From Gaiellaceae bacterium (GTDB lineage Bacteria; Actinomycetota; Thermoleophilia; Gaiellales; Gaiellaceae): a DNA stretch of 64,000 nucleotides. Every line of letters begins with the position of its first letter. Position 1 is the stretch's first letter. The stretch covers positions 1,988 to 65,987 of the forward strand of contig DATLQV010000032.1 of the NCBI GenBank assembly GCA_035534955.1, written 5' to 3'. The notes beneath the pieces were generated by a model. That model had not been told where the DNA came from. It saw only the letters and a program-made list of their open reading frames with translations, and made no database searches. The position numbers were made by a program, and so were the translations under genes. Below are positions 44,504 to 54,966 of the stretch, one piece after another.

Positions 44504-46063
44504 GTGGACGCTCCCGCGAGCCCGATGTTGTCGGCATTGCAGCTGGCGACATTTGCCGAGCTCGGCGAGGAGCGGACGGCAAAGGTCGGTGACGTGCTCT
44601 ATCGCGTCGGTGATCCGACGTATCCGTTCATCGCCATCCTCGACGGCGAAGCGGCGATCCTGGACAGCGCCGGCAACGAGCTCGTCCGCCATGGGACGTC
44701 GGGCTTCCTGGGGGAGTTGAATCTGCTCTCGGGGCAGACGGTCTTCGTCACGGCAGTGGTCACACAGCCGTTGCGCTATATCGCCGTCGACCGCGAGGCG
44801 TTGCGGTCGCTGCTGTTCGAAGACGGCCCGCTGAGCGATCTCCTGCTCTCGACCTTCATCGCGCGCCGCGAGGCGTTGCAGACGGTCCAGGGCGTCGGTC
44901 TGGAGATCGTCGGCCCCCACTCGTCGGAAGCGACCATGCGGATGCTCGAGTTCGCCCGAGGCAACCGCCTTCCGTACACGTGGGAGGACGTGTCGCCACC
45001 CGCCGGAGGACCGTTGCCGCTCGTGCGCTTGCCGGGCGGCGCCGAGTTGCGCGGGCCGACCACCGGCGAGGTCTCGCGCGCACTCGGGATCGGCCGGGAG
45101 CTCGCGCCCCTGGAGGAGGCCGATCTGGTCGTGGTCGGCGCCGGACCGGCCGGTCTCGGTGCGGCGGTCTACGGGGCCTCCGAAGGCCTCGACACGCTCA
45201 TCGTCGAGAGCACTGCACTCGGCGGTCAGGCCGGCTCGTCCCGCCGCATCGAGAACTACCTCGGCTTCCCTGCCGGGATCTCGGGATCGGAGCTGACGAG
45301 CCGCGCAGTCACCCAGGCGCGGAAGTTCGGGGCGCGCATGGCGTCGCCGTACCGCGCAGTGTCGCTCGAACCGGGAACGGATCGACACCTCGTCCATCTG
45401 GAAGACGATCACGTGATCGCCGCGCGCGCCGTCTTGCTTGCGCCCGGCGCCCAGTACCGCCGGCTCCCCGTCGACGGGCTCGCCGAGTACGAGGGGCTCA
45501 CCGCCTTCTACGCGGCGGGACCGCCCGAGGCGCAGCTCTGCGTCGCGTCGCGTGTTGCAGTCGTCGGCGGCGGCAACTCGGCCGGCCAGGCCGCGGTGTG
45601 GCTCGCACGCGGCGGAGCGCTCGTGACGCTGCTGCATCGTCGCGCCGATCTGCGCGAGACGATGTCCGACTACCTCGTGCGCGAGCTCGAACGTTTCGGG
45701 GTGGTCGTGCGTGACCGCAGCGAGATCGCCGCGCTGCACGGGAAGGACGGGCACCTGAACGCCGTCACCCTGAAGAGCGGAGAGCAGCTGCCGTTCTCGT
45801 TTCTGTTCCTCTTCCTCGGCGCGAAGCCCTGCACCGAGTGGCTCGACGACGCCGTCGCACGCGACGACAAGGGCTTCATCCTCACGGGCGCCGGCGCCGC
45901 CGCTGAGAACCTGCTCGAGACCGACACTCCGGGCATCTTCGCGGCCGGCGACGTCCGCTCAGGATCGACCAAGCGCTGCGCGACCGCCGTCGGCGAAGGA
46001 GCGATGGCCGTGCAGTTCGTCCACGCCCACCTCGCGGAGGATTCGCCCAAGCAAGCGGCGTGA
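44504..46063 (+). CDS. Cyclic-nucleotide-binding domain fused to thioredoxin-reductase-like FAD/NAD(P) oxidoreductase
   Basis: cNMP domain 'GDVLYRVGD...GFLGELNLLSGQ', then 'LVVVGAGPAGLGAAVYGASEG', 'VAVVGGGNSAGQAA', 'IFAAGDVR'. Confidence 0.9.
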   Translation: MDAPASPMLSALQLATFAELGEERTAKVGDVLYRVGDPTYPFIAILDGEAAILDSAGNELVRHGTSGFLGELNLLSGQTVFVTAVVTQPLRYIAVDREALRSLLFEDGPLSDLLLSTFIARREALQTVQGVGLEIVGPHSSEATMRMLEFARGNRLPYTWEDVSPPAGGPLPLVRLPGGAELRGPTTGEVSRALGIGRELAPLEEADLVVVGAGPAGLGAAVYGASEGLDTLIVESTALGGQAGSSRRIENYLGFPAGISGSELTSRAVTQARKFGARMASPYRAVSLEPGTDRHLVHLEDDHVIAARAVLLAPGAQYRRLPVDGLAEYEGLTAFYAAGPPEAQLCVASRVAVVGGGNSAGQAAVWLARGGALVTLLHRRADLRETMSDYLVRELERFGVVVRDRSEIAALHGKDGHLNAVTLKSGEQLPFSFLFLFLGAKPCTEWLDDAVARDDKGFILTGAGAAAENLLETDTPGIFAAGDVRSGSTKRCATAVGEGAMAVQFVHAHLAEDSPKQAA

Positions 46064-46070
46064 CGGGTAC

Positions 46071-46724
46071 CTAGGAGTCGAGCAGCGGGAAGACGATCGT
46101 CTCTTCCTTCGTCATGTGCGCCGTCACGAGCGCATCGAGGCGATGGAACTCGCGCGTGAGACAGGCGCGGTCGTCGCGGTCGATGCGGGCGAGCTCGCAC
46201 GCCTCTTCTTCGATGGCGCGATGGTCGAGCAGCATCGCTTCGATCAGTGGGCCGCCGCCGTGCAGCCGTTCGACCGCTGGATAGATCTCCAATTCTTCGA
46301 CACGCGCATGGTGCAGGATCCGGCGCATCAGGTCGATCGTGACCAGTGCGAACTCGTGGCAGCGCACGTCGGTGAGCCCGGGCAGGATCTGTACGGCGGC
46401 GCGCAGCTCTCGCAACTCCTCTTCGAGGCTGCCGTGCTCGGCGCGCAGCGCACGTAGCGTCTCGACGCGCGCCGCCATCGTCTCGATGTCTGCTCCGAAG
46501 ACTCTCGCCGCCGCCGATTCGATCCGAATGGGATCGCCGGTCCTCAGCTCCAATTCGACCGCCGACGGCTGCCGTCGAACGACGGAAACGTCCGCGAGCC
46601 GAACCTCGTGCGGCTCCTCACGGCCGGCCGGCGTGAACGCGACCGCCCTGGGCGTCAGCTCGAGACGGCCGGGGACGGCCGCCCCGCCGTCTTCCTGCCA
46701 CGAAGCCGAATACGTCGTCTTCAT
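46071..46724 (-). CDS. Hemerythrin HHE cation-binding domain protein with N-terminal PH/GRAM-like domain
   Basis: C-terminal 'HHARVEELEIYPAV...DHRAIEEE...HMTKEETIVFPLL'. ATG at 46724, trimmed from the track ORF. Confidence 0.7.
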   Translation of the reverse strand: MKTTYSASWQEDGGAAVPGRLELTPRAVAFTPAGREEPHEVRLADVSVVRRQPSAVELELRTGDPIRIESAAARVFGADIETMAARVETLRALRAEHGSLEEELRELRAAVQILPGLTDVRCHEFALVTIDLMRRILHHARVEELEIYPAVERLHGGGPLIEAMLLDHRAIEEEACELARIDRDDRACLTREFHRLDALVTAHMTKEETIVFPLLDS

Positions 46725-46817
46725 TGCTTCGATTCTGCGCTCCCCAGGCGAACCCGGCATCGGGTCGCACCCTGAGCCCGTCAGCGGAGAAACGCCGATG
46801 TCGCCGGCGCCGACCGG

Positions 46818-47786
46818 ATGCAAGCTGGGAACATGCCCGAGCTGGACACGATCGCGCTGCGTTGGAACGACGCGCTCGACGCCGCCTCCCGGGCGCTGGA
46901 CGCCGAATCCGACGTCCTTCCGGCAGGTGAGCTGGGCGAGCGCCGACAGGCGCTGGCGCGCGACCGCCACGAGATTCCAGAGCTGCTCATGCGCGTGGCG
47001 AGCGCCCTCGGCGTCGACCCGAAGCCTTGGCTCCCGCCGCGGCCCGTCTCCGCACGCATGCTCGGCCTCGACTCCGCCACCAAGGCGTGCATCTTCGACC
47101 TCGACGGCGTCCTGACCGACAGCGGCATGCTGCACGCCGTCGCATGGGCGGAGGCGCTCGACCCGGTGCTGGCATCACTCGCGCACACGACGCCCTGGGC
47201 TCTTCCTCCGTTCGACCCCGCTGCCGATTACGTCCTGTACTTCGACGGACGCACGCGGCTCGATGGCATCCGCATGTTTCTCGAGGGCCGCGGCCTCCAC
47301 CTGCCGGATGCGACGGTGCGGGACATCGCCCGCCGAAAGGGCGAGCTCCTCGAGGGGCGGTTGGCGCACCGCGGTATCGCCGCCCTCGCAGACGCCCGGA
47401 GGTTCCTCCAGGCGGCCGGATACGCACACCTGGGGCGTGCGGTCGTGTCCGCGAGCACGACGACCGAGCCGATGCTCGAGGTTGCGCAGCTGGTGCAGCT
47501 CGTCGATGTTCGCGTCGACGCCGACACGATTCACGCCGAGCATCTGCACCCGCGTCCCTCACCGGACCTCCTGCTCGCCGCGTGCGCCGAGCTCGGCGTC
47601 GCACCGGGCGAGGCCGTGAGCCTCACGCACAGCGGAGCTGGGATCGTCGCCTGCCGCGCGGCCGGGATGCCCGCGATCGGCGTCGCCTCCGGCGAAGAGG
47701 CGGAGCGGCTACGCGACTACGGGGCCGAACAGGTCGTCGCTTCTCTCTCCGGCCTCCTCGCTCCCGAGCTCCGCACCGCAGCCTGA
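46818..47786 (+). CDS. HAD-superfamily hydrolase (beta-phosphoglucomutase-like) with ~95-aa N-terminal extension
   Basis: 'ACIFDLDGVLTDS' (DxD motif I), 'VVSAST', 'GVASGEE'. Confidence 0.8.
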   Translation: MQAGNMPELDTIALRWNDALDAASRALDAESDVLPAGELGERRQALARDRHEIPELLMRVASALGVDPKPWLPPRPVSARMLGLDSATKACIFDLDGVLTDSGMLHAVAWAEALDPVLASLAHTTPWALPPFDPAADYVLYFDGRTRLDGIRMFLEGRGLHLPDATVRDIARRKGELLEGRLAHRGIAALADARRFLQAAGYAHLGRAVVSASTTTEPMLEVAQLVQLVDVRVDADTIHAEHLHPRPSPDLLLAACAELGVAPGEAVSLTHSGAGIVACRAAGMPAIGVASGEEAERLRDYGAEQVVASLSGLLAPELRTAA

Positions 47787-47842
47787 GCGGCAGCGAAGGA
47801 GGCGGCGGGCGGAAACCTGCCCGCCGCCTCCGCTCTCTGTCG

Positions 47843-48937
47843 TCAGCGGGCGACCGCCGGCGCTGCCTCCGCATGCTGCGGAAGCATCGGCACCGGCTCC
47901 GCGGTCAGCACGACCTTGAGTGCGTGCGTGTCGGCCGCGGCCGCGAACACGTCGTACGCATCCTCCGTCTGCGAGAGCGCGAAGCGATGCGTCGCGAACG
48001 GGCTCGGGTCCAGCCGGCGCTCGGCGATGAGCCGCATGAGCTGCGGCGTCGTGATCGTGTCGACCAGGCCCGTCGTGATGGTGATGTCGCGAATCCACAA
48101 CGTCTCCAGATGGAGCGTCGCGGAATGGCCGTGGACGCCGACGTTGGCCACCCGGCCACCGGGGCGGACGATCGCTGTGCAGAGCTCGAACGTCTCCGGC
48201 ACGCCGACCGCCTCGACCGCGACGTCGACGCCGAGGCCGTCCGTCAACGTCTGGATCGCCTCGGCCGCGTCCTCGCGGCTGTTGTTGATCACGACGTCGG
48301 CGCCGAACTCGAGCGCCTTGTCCAGACGTGCGTCGGCGAGATCGATCGCGATCACGCGGCTCGGCGTGAAGAGCTTGGCCGTCATGATCACGGCGAGGCC
48401 GATCGGGCCTGCGCCGACGACCGCGACGGTGTCGCCGGGCTGCACGCCGCCGTTGAGGACACCGACCTCGAATGCCGTCGGCAGGATGTCGGCGAGGAAG
48501 ATGACGTCCTCGGGCGTGAGCCCTTCCGGCAGCTTGTAGACGGAGGTATCGGCGAACGGGACGCGGGCGAGCTCGGCCTGCAGGCCGTCGATCGTGTGGC
48601 CGAAGATCCAGCCACCCCCGCCGGTGCAAAGGCCGTAGTGGCCCTCTTTGCAGAACCGGCACCGGCCGCAAGACGTGATGCAGGACACGAGCACCTGGTC
48701 GCCGGGCTCGATCGTCGTAACTGCCGAGCCGACCTCGACAACGGTGCCGACGGCCTCGTGGCCGAGGATCGTGCCCGGGGTCACCTCCGGCACGTCGCCC
48801 TTCAGAATGTGCAGGTCGGTCCCGCAGATCGTCGACACGTCGATGCGGACGATGGCGTCGGTCGGATCGAGGATGACCGGGTCGGGAACCTCTTCCCAAG
48901 CCCGTTCCCCAGGACCGTGGTACACGAGCGCGTACAT
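47843..48937 (-). CDS. Zinc-dependent alcohol dehydrogenase (MDR family)
   Basis: 'CGTDLH', 'GHEAVGTVVEVG', 'CGRCRFCKEGHYGLC', 'VAVVGAGPIGL'. ATG at 48937 with a GGAGGA RBS. The upstream 567 aa of the track ORF are rejected. Confidence 0.9.
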   Translation of the reverse strand: MYALVYHGPGERAWEEVPDPVILDPTDAIVRIDVSTICGTDLHILKGDVPEVTPGTILGHEAVGTVVEVGSAVTTIEPGDQVLVSCITSCGRCRFCKEGHYGLCTGGGGWIFGHTIDGLQAELARVPFADTSVYKLPEGLTPEDVIFLADILPTAFEVGVLNGGVQPGDTVAVVGAGPIGLAVIMTAKLFTPSRVIAIDLADARLDKALEFGADVVINNSREDAAEAIQTLTDGLGVDVAVEAVGVPETFELCTAIVRPGGRVANVGVHGHSATLHLETLWIRDITITTGLVDTITTPQLMRLIAERRLDPSPFATHRFALSQTEDAYDVFAAAADTHALKVVLTAEPVPMLPQHAEAAPAVAR

Positions 48938-48963
48938 GGCTCCTCCGTTTCGTTGTTCGACAT

Positions 48964-49977
48964 TCAGACCGCGGCCGCGACGAGCACGCGCTGCGCGAGC
49001 TCGACGAGACGGGTCGAGTAGCCCCATTCGTTGTCGTACCAGGCGACGACCTTCGCCTGCGTGCCTGCGACGACGGCTGTCAGGTCGCCGTCGACGGTCG
49101 CCGAGTAGGACGACTTGATGACGTCGCTCGAGACGAGCGGCTCGTACGAGATGCTGAGAATCCCGTCGAGGCCGTTGCCCGCCGCGTCGGCGAATGCGGC
49201 GTTGAGCTCCGAGGGGGTCGTCTCCCTGGCGAGCTCCACGGTGAGATCGACAAGCGAGCCGGTCAGGACCGGCACGCGCGCGGCCATCCCGTGCAGCTTG
49301 CCTTCGAGCTCGGGAATGACGAGCCCGATCGCGCCCGCCGCGCCGGTCGACGTCGGGATGATGTTCGCGCCTGCTGCACGTGCGCGACGGAGATCCTTGT
49401 GCGGCAGGTCGACGACGCGCTGGTCGCCGGTCACCGCGTGGATCGTGGTCATCGTGCCGTAACGGATCCCGAAGGTGTCGTTCAGCACTTTCGCCACGGG
49501 TGCGAGGCAGTTCGTGGTGCACGATGCGTTCGAGATGACGTGGTGGATGTCCGGGTCGTACGCGTCGTCGTTCACGCCGCGCACGATCGTGGCATCGACG
49601 CCTTTGCCCGGCGCCGAAATGATCACCTTGGCTGCGCCGGCGTCGAGGTGCTTCGCTGCGTCGGCGCGCGCGCGGAACCTCCCGCTGCACTCCAGCACCA
49701 CGTCGACCCCCGTGGTCGCCCAGGGTAGGTCCGCCGGGTCCGCGATCGCCGTCACCGGGATCTCGACTCCGTCGACGACGAGCGCTCCGTCGTCGATTTC
49801 GACTGTTCCGGGAAACGGACCGTAGACGGTGTCGTGCCGGAGAAGATGCGCGAGCGTCTCGAGGTCGGCGACGTCGTTGATGCCGGCCCACTCGATCGGC
49901 GCGTCCGTCTCGAATGCGGAGCGGAGCGCACACCTTCCGACACGGCCGAAGCCGTTGATGGCAACCCGAACGGACAT
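48964..49977 (-). CDS. gap: Type I glyceraldehyde-3-phosphate dehydrogenase
   Basis: 'VAINGFGRVGR', active site 'SNASCTTNCLAP', 'WYDNEWGYS'. Confidence 0.95.
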   Translation of the reverse strand: MSVRVAINGFGRVGRCALRSAFETDAPIEWAGINDVADLETLAHLLRHDTVYGPFPGTVEIDDGALVVDGVEIPVTAIADPADLPWATTGVDVVLECSGRFRARADAAKHLDAGAAKVIISAPGKGVDATIVRGVNDDAYDPDIHHVISNASCTTNCLAPVAKVLNDTFGIRYGTMTTIHAVTGDQRVVDLPHKDLRRARAAGANIIPTSTGAAGAIGLVIPELEGKLHGMAARVPVLTGSLVDLTVELARETTPSELNAAFADAAGNGLDGILSISYEPLVSSDVIKSSYSATVDGDLTAVVAGTQAKVVAWYDNEWGYSTRLVELAQRVLVAAAV

Positions 49978-49992
49978 GACAGGCTCCTTTCG

Positions 49993-52587
49993 TCAGCCGC
50001 CTGCGGGGACGTAGGCGGTCTCGTGGTCGTGGGCGAGCGCGGCTTGCGCGGCGGCGAGTCGCGCGACCGGCAGGCGGAACGGCGAGCAGGACACGTAGTC
50101 GAGCCCCACCTCTTCGCAGAATGCGATCGATGCGGGGTCGCCACCGTGCTCGCCGCAGATGCCCACGTGGAGCTCGGGGTTGGACGCGCGGCCGCGCTCG
50201 ACAGCAAGCCGGATGAGCTCGCCGACGCCGGCGACGTCGAGCGTCGCAAACGGATCCTTGTCGAGAATGCCGTGCTCGAGGTAGTAGGTGAGGAACCGTC
50301 CCTCTGCGTCGTCGCGCGAGAAGCCGAGCGCCGTCTGCGTCAGATCGTTCGTCCCGAACGAGAAGAAGTCGGCGTGACGCGCGAGCTCGCCCGCGCGCAA
50401 GGCAGCGCGCGGCAGCTCGATCATCGTCCCGCAGCTGTAGTCGAGGCCCCCCTCCTCCGCGACGGCTCGCGCCGTCAGCTCGCGCAGTCGGATGAGCTCG
50501 GTGTCGAACGCGACCAGCGGATGCATGATCTCCACCGTCGGCGCGACGCCGGTGCGCTCCTGCACCGCGTGGGCGGCCCGGACGATGGCGCGGATCTGCA
50601 TCTCGTAGATCTCGGGCCACTCGAGGCCGAGCCGGCATCCGCGCGTGCCGAGCATCGGGTTCGCTTCGTGGAGCGCGAGCACGCGCTCGCGCGTCTTCTC
50701 GTCATGGACCTCTTCGAGCGGCGGTAGGAACTCGTGCAACGGCGGGTCGAGTAGCCGGATCGTGACCGGCAGGCGCCCCATTGCCTCGAAGAGCCCCTCA
50801 AAGTCTCCCTGCTGCAGCGGGAGAAGACGCGCCAGAGCTGCAGCGCGCTCGTCATCGGTCGCAGCGAGGATCATGGCGCGCACGATCGGCAGCCGGTCGT
50901 CCGCCATGAACATGTGCTCCGTGCGGCAGAGCCCGATGCCCTCGGCGCCGTTCTCTCGTGCCCGCCGCGCATCGACAGGCGTGTCGGCGTTGGCGTGCAC
51001 ACCGAGCCTGCGCAGGTGGTCGGCCCAGTCGAGGACGAGTGCGAGATGGGCGTTCGGCTCCGGCTCGACGAGCTCGACGGGGCCGAGAATGATGTCCCCG
51101 GAGGTGCCGTCGATGGTGATGACGTCGCCCTCGCGGATGGCATGACCCGCCAGGTCGGCGGCCCGCGCTCCGAGGTCGACGTGGAGTGCGGAGCACCCGG
51201 CGACGCACGGCTTGCCCATCCCGCGCGCGACGACGGCTGCATGCGAGGTCATCCCGCCGCGCGCCGTGAGGACGCCGCGTGCGCCGATCAGCCCGTGGAT
51301 GTCGTCGGGTGTCGTCTCGGGCCGTACGAGGATGACGTCTCCACCGGCGGCCGCCTGCTCGGCGGCGCGGTCGGCGTCGAAGACAGCGCACCCGCACGCC
51401 GCGCCGGGCGAGGCTGCGAGACCCACGGCGACGACGTCGACGGCGCTGTCCGGGTCGATCGTCGGGTGCAGCAGCTGGTCGAGCGACGACGGCTCGATGC
51501 GCCGTACCGCCTCGGCCCTGTCGATCAGCCCTTCGTCGACGAGAGCGACCGCACACGCGAGCGCGGCAGCGGCGGTGCGCTTTGCTCCGCGTGTCTGCAG
51601 AAGATGGAGCCGTCCGCGCTCGATCGTGAACTCGACGTCCTGCATGTCGCGGTAGTGGCGCTCGAGCTCGGCGACGAAGCGTTCGAGCTCGCCATACGCC
51701 TCGGGGAACTGCTGACGCATGCGGGCGATCGGCTCCGGCGTGCGCGCACCGGAGACGATGTCCTCTCCCTGCGCATCGGCGAGGTACTCGCCGAAGAGGC
51801 CGGGACGGCCCGTCGCAGGATCGCGGCTGAAGCAGACGCCGGTGGCGGAGTGCTCGTCGCGGTTGCCGAACACCATCTCCATGACGTTCACGGCCGTACC
51901 GAGGTCGTCCGAGATGCCGTACTCGTGCCGATACACCTGCGCGCGCGGAGCATTCCACGACTCGAACACCGCCTGGATCGCCAGCCCCAGCTGGACGTGC
52001 GGCTGGTCGGGGAACGCCTCCGACGTCTCGGTGAGGTAGATCTCCTCGAAGCGCTGCGCGATCTCGGCGAGATCGTCGGCGGAGAGGCTCCACTCGAGGT
52101 CGACGCCGCGGCGCGCCTTCACGTCCGCGAGGACCGACTCGAACGCGTCCACGTCGATGCCGGCGACGACGGTTCCGTACATCTGGAGCAGCCGGCGGTA
52201 GGCGTCGAAGGCAAAGCGCCGGTCGGCGCCGAAGCCGTCGCTCTCGACGACGCGGCGGTTGAGGCCGAGGTTGAGGACGGTCTCCATCATCCCGGGCATC
52301 GAGATCGGACCGCCCGAGCGGACGGACAACAGCAACGGCTTGCGCACATCGCCGAAGCGTTTGCCGGTCGCGCGCTCGAGCCGGGCGAGGTGCTCCGCCA
52401 CCTCGGTGGAGAGCACCGGAGGCTCGTGTCCCGTGCGCATCGTCACGCGACACGCTTCCGTCGTGATCGTGAATCCGCGCGGAACTGGCAGGCCGAGCTG
52501 CGTCATCTCCGCCAGCCCGAGACCCTTCCCGCCGAGCAGCGCACGTCCCTCGTCGCATGGTTCGTCGAAGTCGTAGACGTAGGTCAT
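49993..52587 (-). CDS. ppdK: Pyruvate, phosphate dikinase
   Basis: 'LLGGKGLGLAEM', phospho-His loop 'GGMTSHAAVVARGMGKPCV', 'GICGEHGGDP'. ATG at 52587, trimmed from the 1257-aa track ORF. Confidence 0.95.
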   Translation of the reverse strand: MTYVYDFDEPCDEGRALLGGKGLGLAEMTQLGLPVPRGFTITTEACRVTMRTGHEPPVLSTEVAEHLARLERATGKRFGDVRKPLLLSVRSGGPISMPGMMETVLNLGLNRRVVESDGFGADRRFAFDAYRRLLQMYGTVVAGIDVDAFESVLADVKARRGVDLEWSLSADDLAEIAQRFEEIYLTETSEAFPDQPHVQLGLAIQAVFESWNAPRAQVYRHEYGISDDLGTAVNVMEMVFGNRDEHSATGVCFSRDPATGRPGLFGEYLADAQGEDIVSGARTPEPIARMRQQFPEAYGELERFVAELERHYRDMQDVEFTIERGRLHLLQTRGAKRTAAAALACAVALVDEGLIDRAEAVRRIEPSSLDQLLHPTIDPDSAVDVVAVGLAASPGAACGCAVFDADRAAEQAAAGGDVILVRPETTPDDIHGLIGARGVLTARGGMTSHAAVVARGMGKPCVAGCSALHVDLGARAADLAGHAIREGDVITIDGTSGDIILGPVELVEPEPNAHLALVLDWADHLRRLGVHANADTPVDARRARENGAEGIGLCRTEHMFMADDRLPIVRAMILAATDDERAAALARLLPLQQGDFEGLFEAMGRLPVTIRLLDPPLHEFLPPLEEVHDEKTRERVLALHEANPMLGTRGCRLGLEWPEIYEMQIRAIVRAAHAVQERTGVAPTVEIMHPLVAFDTELIRLRELTARAVAEEGGLDYSCGTMIELPRAALRAGELARHADFFSFGTNDLTQTALGFSRDDAEGRFLTYYLEHGILDKDPFATLDVAGVGELIRLAVERGRASNPELHVGICGEHGGDPASIAFCEEVGLDYVSCSPFRLPVARLAAAQAALAHDHETAYVPAGG

Positions 52588-53534
52588 GATCGTGCTCCCT
52601 TCTCGTCGCAACGCTCGCGCAGCGCCGCCCACTCGCGGTCGACGCGTTCCTGGATCGCTTCCACCAGCTGCGCGCTCTCCGGGCGAAGGAGGTGTGCGAA
52701 TCGCTTCTGTCCCTCGAGCCAGCGCTCGATCGGCTGCAGGCTCTCGGGCTCGTAGGTGATCCGGTAGGCGCCGTCGACGACCTCGTACAGCGGCCAGAAC
52801 CCGGTCTCGACGGCGGCCGCGACGACGTGCGGCGCGGTGCGGGGCTCGTGCCCCCAGCCCAGTGGGCAATCGGTGAGCACGTTGAGGAACGCAGGCCCGT
52901 CGACGGCTGCGGCGCGCTCGACCTTGACGCTCAGGTCGTGCCAGTACGTGGACGCCGCCTGTGCGACGTACGGCACATGGTGGGCGACGGCGATCGCCGT
53001 CATGTCCTTGCGCTGCTGTGCCTTGCCGAAGCTCTCGAGGCCGACCGGGCTCGTCGTCGTCGACGCGGCGAACGGCGTCGCGCCGGAGCGCTGCACGCCC
53101 GTGTTCATGTACGCCTCGTTGTCGTAGCAGACGAAGAGGAAGCGATGGCCGCGCTCGAGCGCGCCCGAGAGCGCCTGCATCCCGATGTCGTAGGTGCCGC
53201 CGTCTCCGGCGAAGACGACGACCGCGACGTCCTCGTCGGCGGGAAGCGCATGACGGCGGCGGAGCGCTCGCTGGGCCGCCTCCACGCCGCCCGCGACCGC
53301 GGCGGCGTTCTCGAAGGCGACGTGCATCCACGGCACCGTCCAGGCAGTGGTCGGGAACCGGGTCGTCGCGACTTCGAGGCAGCCGGTCGCGTTGATGACG
53401 ACGGCGGGACGGTCGATCGTCGAGAGCACGGTCCTGACGACCATCGGGATGCCGCAGCCCTGGCAGAGCGCGTGACCTCCCCGAAGCGGCTGAACGCCAT
53501 GCTGGTTCGCGACGAGGGTCTTCAGGCGGGACAT
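52584..53534 (-). CDS. porB: 2-oxoacid (pyruvate):ferredoxin oxidoreductase, beta (TPP-binding) subunit
   Basis: 'CQGCGIPMVVR', 'GDGGTYDIGMQALSGA', 'YDNEAYMNTG'. Confidence 0.9.
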   Translation of the reverse strand: MSRLKTLVANQHGVQPLRGGHALCQGCGIPMVVRTVLSTIDRPAVVINATGCLEVATTRFPTTAWTVPWMHVAFENAAAVAGGVEAAQRALRRRHALPADEDVAVVVFAGDGGTYDIGMQALSGALERGHRFLFVCYDNEAYMNTGVQRSGATPFAASTTTSPVGLESFGKAQQRKDMTAIAVAHHVPYVAQAASTYWHDLSVKVERAAAVDGPAFLNVLTDCPLGWGHEPRTAPHVVAAAVETGFWPLYEVVDGAYRITYEPESLQPIERWLEGQKRFAHLLRPESAQLVEAIQERVDREWAALRERCDEKGARS

Positions 53535-54682
53535 TCGTCACCTCGCACACCGACGTAGTGCGGCGCCCGTTGGAGGAAGACGTCCCGTACCGCCTCCGGG
53601 TGCAGGTCGCGTCCGCCCAGGCCGTAGACGTGGCTGTGCAGGCACGAGGCCTCGCCCGCAAGCGCGAACGCGACGTCCGCCGCGAGCGGTGGGGCGCCTC
53701 CGGGCGAATCGGCGCGGTCGAGCACGAACACGTCGGCGGCGTCGGAGAGCAGGCAGCGCAGTTCACGCAACGGCAGCGGCCGGAATGCGCGGATCTTCAA
53801 CAGGCCGACGTGCCTCTGCGCTGCGCGTAGCTCGTCGACGACGTCCTTGATCGTGCCCGCGGACGAACCGAGCGCGACGATCACCTCGTCGGCTCCGCCG
53901 ACTTGGTACTGCTCGAGCGCGCCGTTGCGCCGGCCGGTGAGGCTCTCGAACTCGTCGGCCACTTCGTCGATGACGCGGCCGGCCGCAGTGATCGCGTCGG
54001 CCTGGGCCCGGCGGAACTCGAAGTAGTAGTCGGGCATCGCAAACGGGCCGTGCGTCCCGGGGTGGGAGACGTCAAGGAGCGCATCGGCGCGGCGATACGG
54101 CCCGACGAAGTCGCGCACGAGCTCATCGGCGAGCAGCTCGACCGGCTCCGCCGCGTGGGTGATCGTGAAACCGTCCTGGCACACGAGCACCGGCAGCAGC
54201 ACATCGGGGTGCTCGGCGATGCGCGGCGCCATCACCATCAGGTCGTATGCCTCCTGCGCGTTCTCCGCGAAGAGCTGCACGACGCCCGAGTCGCGCACGA
54301 GCATCGAGTCCGAGTGATCGCAGTGGATGTTGATCGGCCCGGACAGCGCGCGGTTGCCGACGGCCATGACGATCGGCGCGCGCATCGACGCGGCGATGTA
54401 GACCACCTCGGCCATGAGCGCGAGCCCCTGCGACGACGTCGCCGTCGCCGTGCGTGCGCCGGCGAGAGCCGCTCCGATGGCAGCGCTCATCGCCGAGTGC
54501 TCGGACTCGACGTTCACGATCTCGGTGTGCGCGGCGCCGTCGGCGACAAGCGTCGCGAATGTCTGGATGATCGGCGTCTGCGGCGTGATCGGGTACACCG
54601 GCACGACATCCGGCTCGATCTGGCACAGCGCGTGCGCGACCGCCTCGCCGCCGGTCAGGAGCTGCGGCTCGGCGGCGATCAT
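53522..54682 (-). CDS. porA: 2-oxoacid:ferredoxin oxidoreductase, alpha subunit
   Basis: 'LTGGEAVAHA...VYPITPQTPI', 'ESEHSAMSAAIGA', 'TSSQGLALM'. Confidence 0.9.
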   Translation of the reverse strand: MIAAEPQLLTGGEAVAHALCQIEPDVVPVYPITPQTPIIQTFATLVADGAAHTEIVNVESEHSAMSAAIGAALAGARTATATSSQGLALMAEVVYIAASMRAPIVMAVGNRALSGPINIHCDHSDSMLVRDSGVVQLFAENAQEAYDLMVMAPRIAEHPDVLLPVLVCQDGFTITHAAEPVELLADELVRDFVGPYRRADALLDVSHPGTHGPFAMPDYYFEFRRAQADAITAAGRVIDEVADEFESLTGRRNGALEQYQVGGADEVIVALGSSAGTIKDVVDELRAAQRHVGLLKIRAFRPLPLRELRCLLSDAADVFVLDRADSPGGAPPLAADVAFALAGEASCLHSHVYGLGGRDLHPEAVRDVFLQRAPHYVGVRGDECPA

Positions 54683-54966
54683 GTGTCAGCCTCCGGCGCC
54701 ATCTCGAGCGCGGCGGCGGGGCACACCTCGACGCACAGCTCGCAGCCCTTGCAGACGTCGTAGTCGATTCCGACCAGCGTCGTGCCCTCGAGCTTGAACG
54801 CAGAGTCGGGGCAATAGAGCCAGCAGAGCAGGCAGCTGACGCAGCGGTCGAGCCGCAGCTCGGGTCTGCCGTTCGTCCGCCAGTCTCCCGTCTTCGGCCG
54901 CGGGCTCTCCGTCGGCGTGACGACGCCACCCGGTCCGAGCTCGTCCCAGCGCATCAGTTCAGACAT
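54679..54966 (-). CDS. porD: 2-oxoacid:ferredoxin oxidoreductase, delta (2x[4Fe-4S] ferredoxin) subunit
   Basis: 'CVSCLLCWLYCP' and 'CKGCELCVEVCP'. ATG at 54966. Confidence 0.85.
   Translation of the reverse strand: MSELMRWDELGPGGVVTPTESPRPKTGDWRTNGRPELRLDRCVSCLLCWLYCPDSAFKLEGTTLVGIDYDVCKGCELCVEVCPAAALEMAPEADT

Noticed and set aside
48938-50638. Upstream extension of the alcohol dehydrogenase ORF (931-aa track ORF)
   Set aside because: The extension runs across the gap and ppdK genes in a different frame. The ADH has its own RBS and ATG at 48937.
52588-53766. Upstream extension of the ppdK ORF (1257-aa track ORF)
   Set aside because: It overlaps porB and porA off-frame. The canonical PPDK N-terminus 'MTYVYDFDE' starts at 52587.
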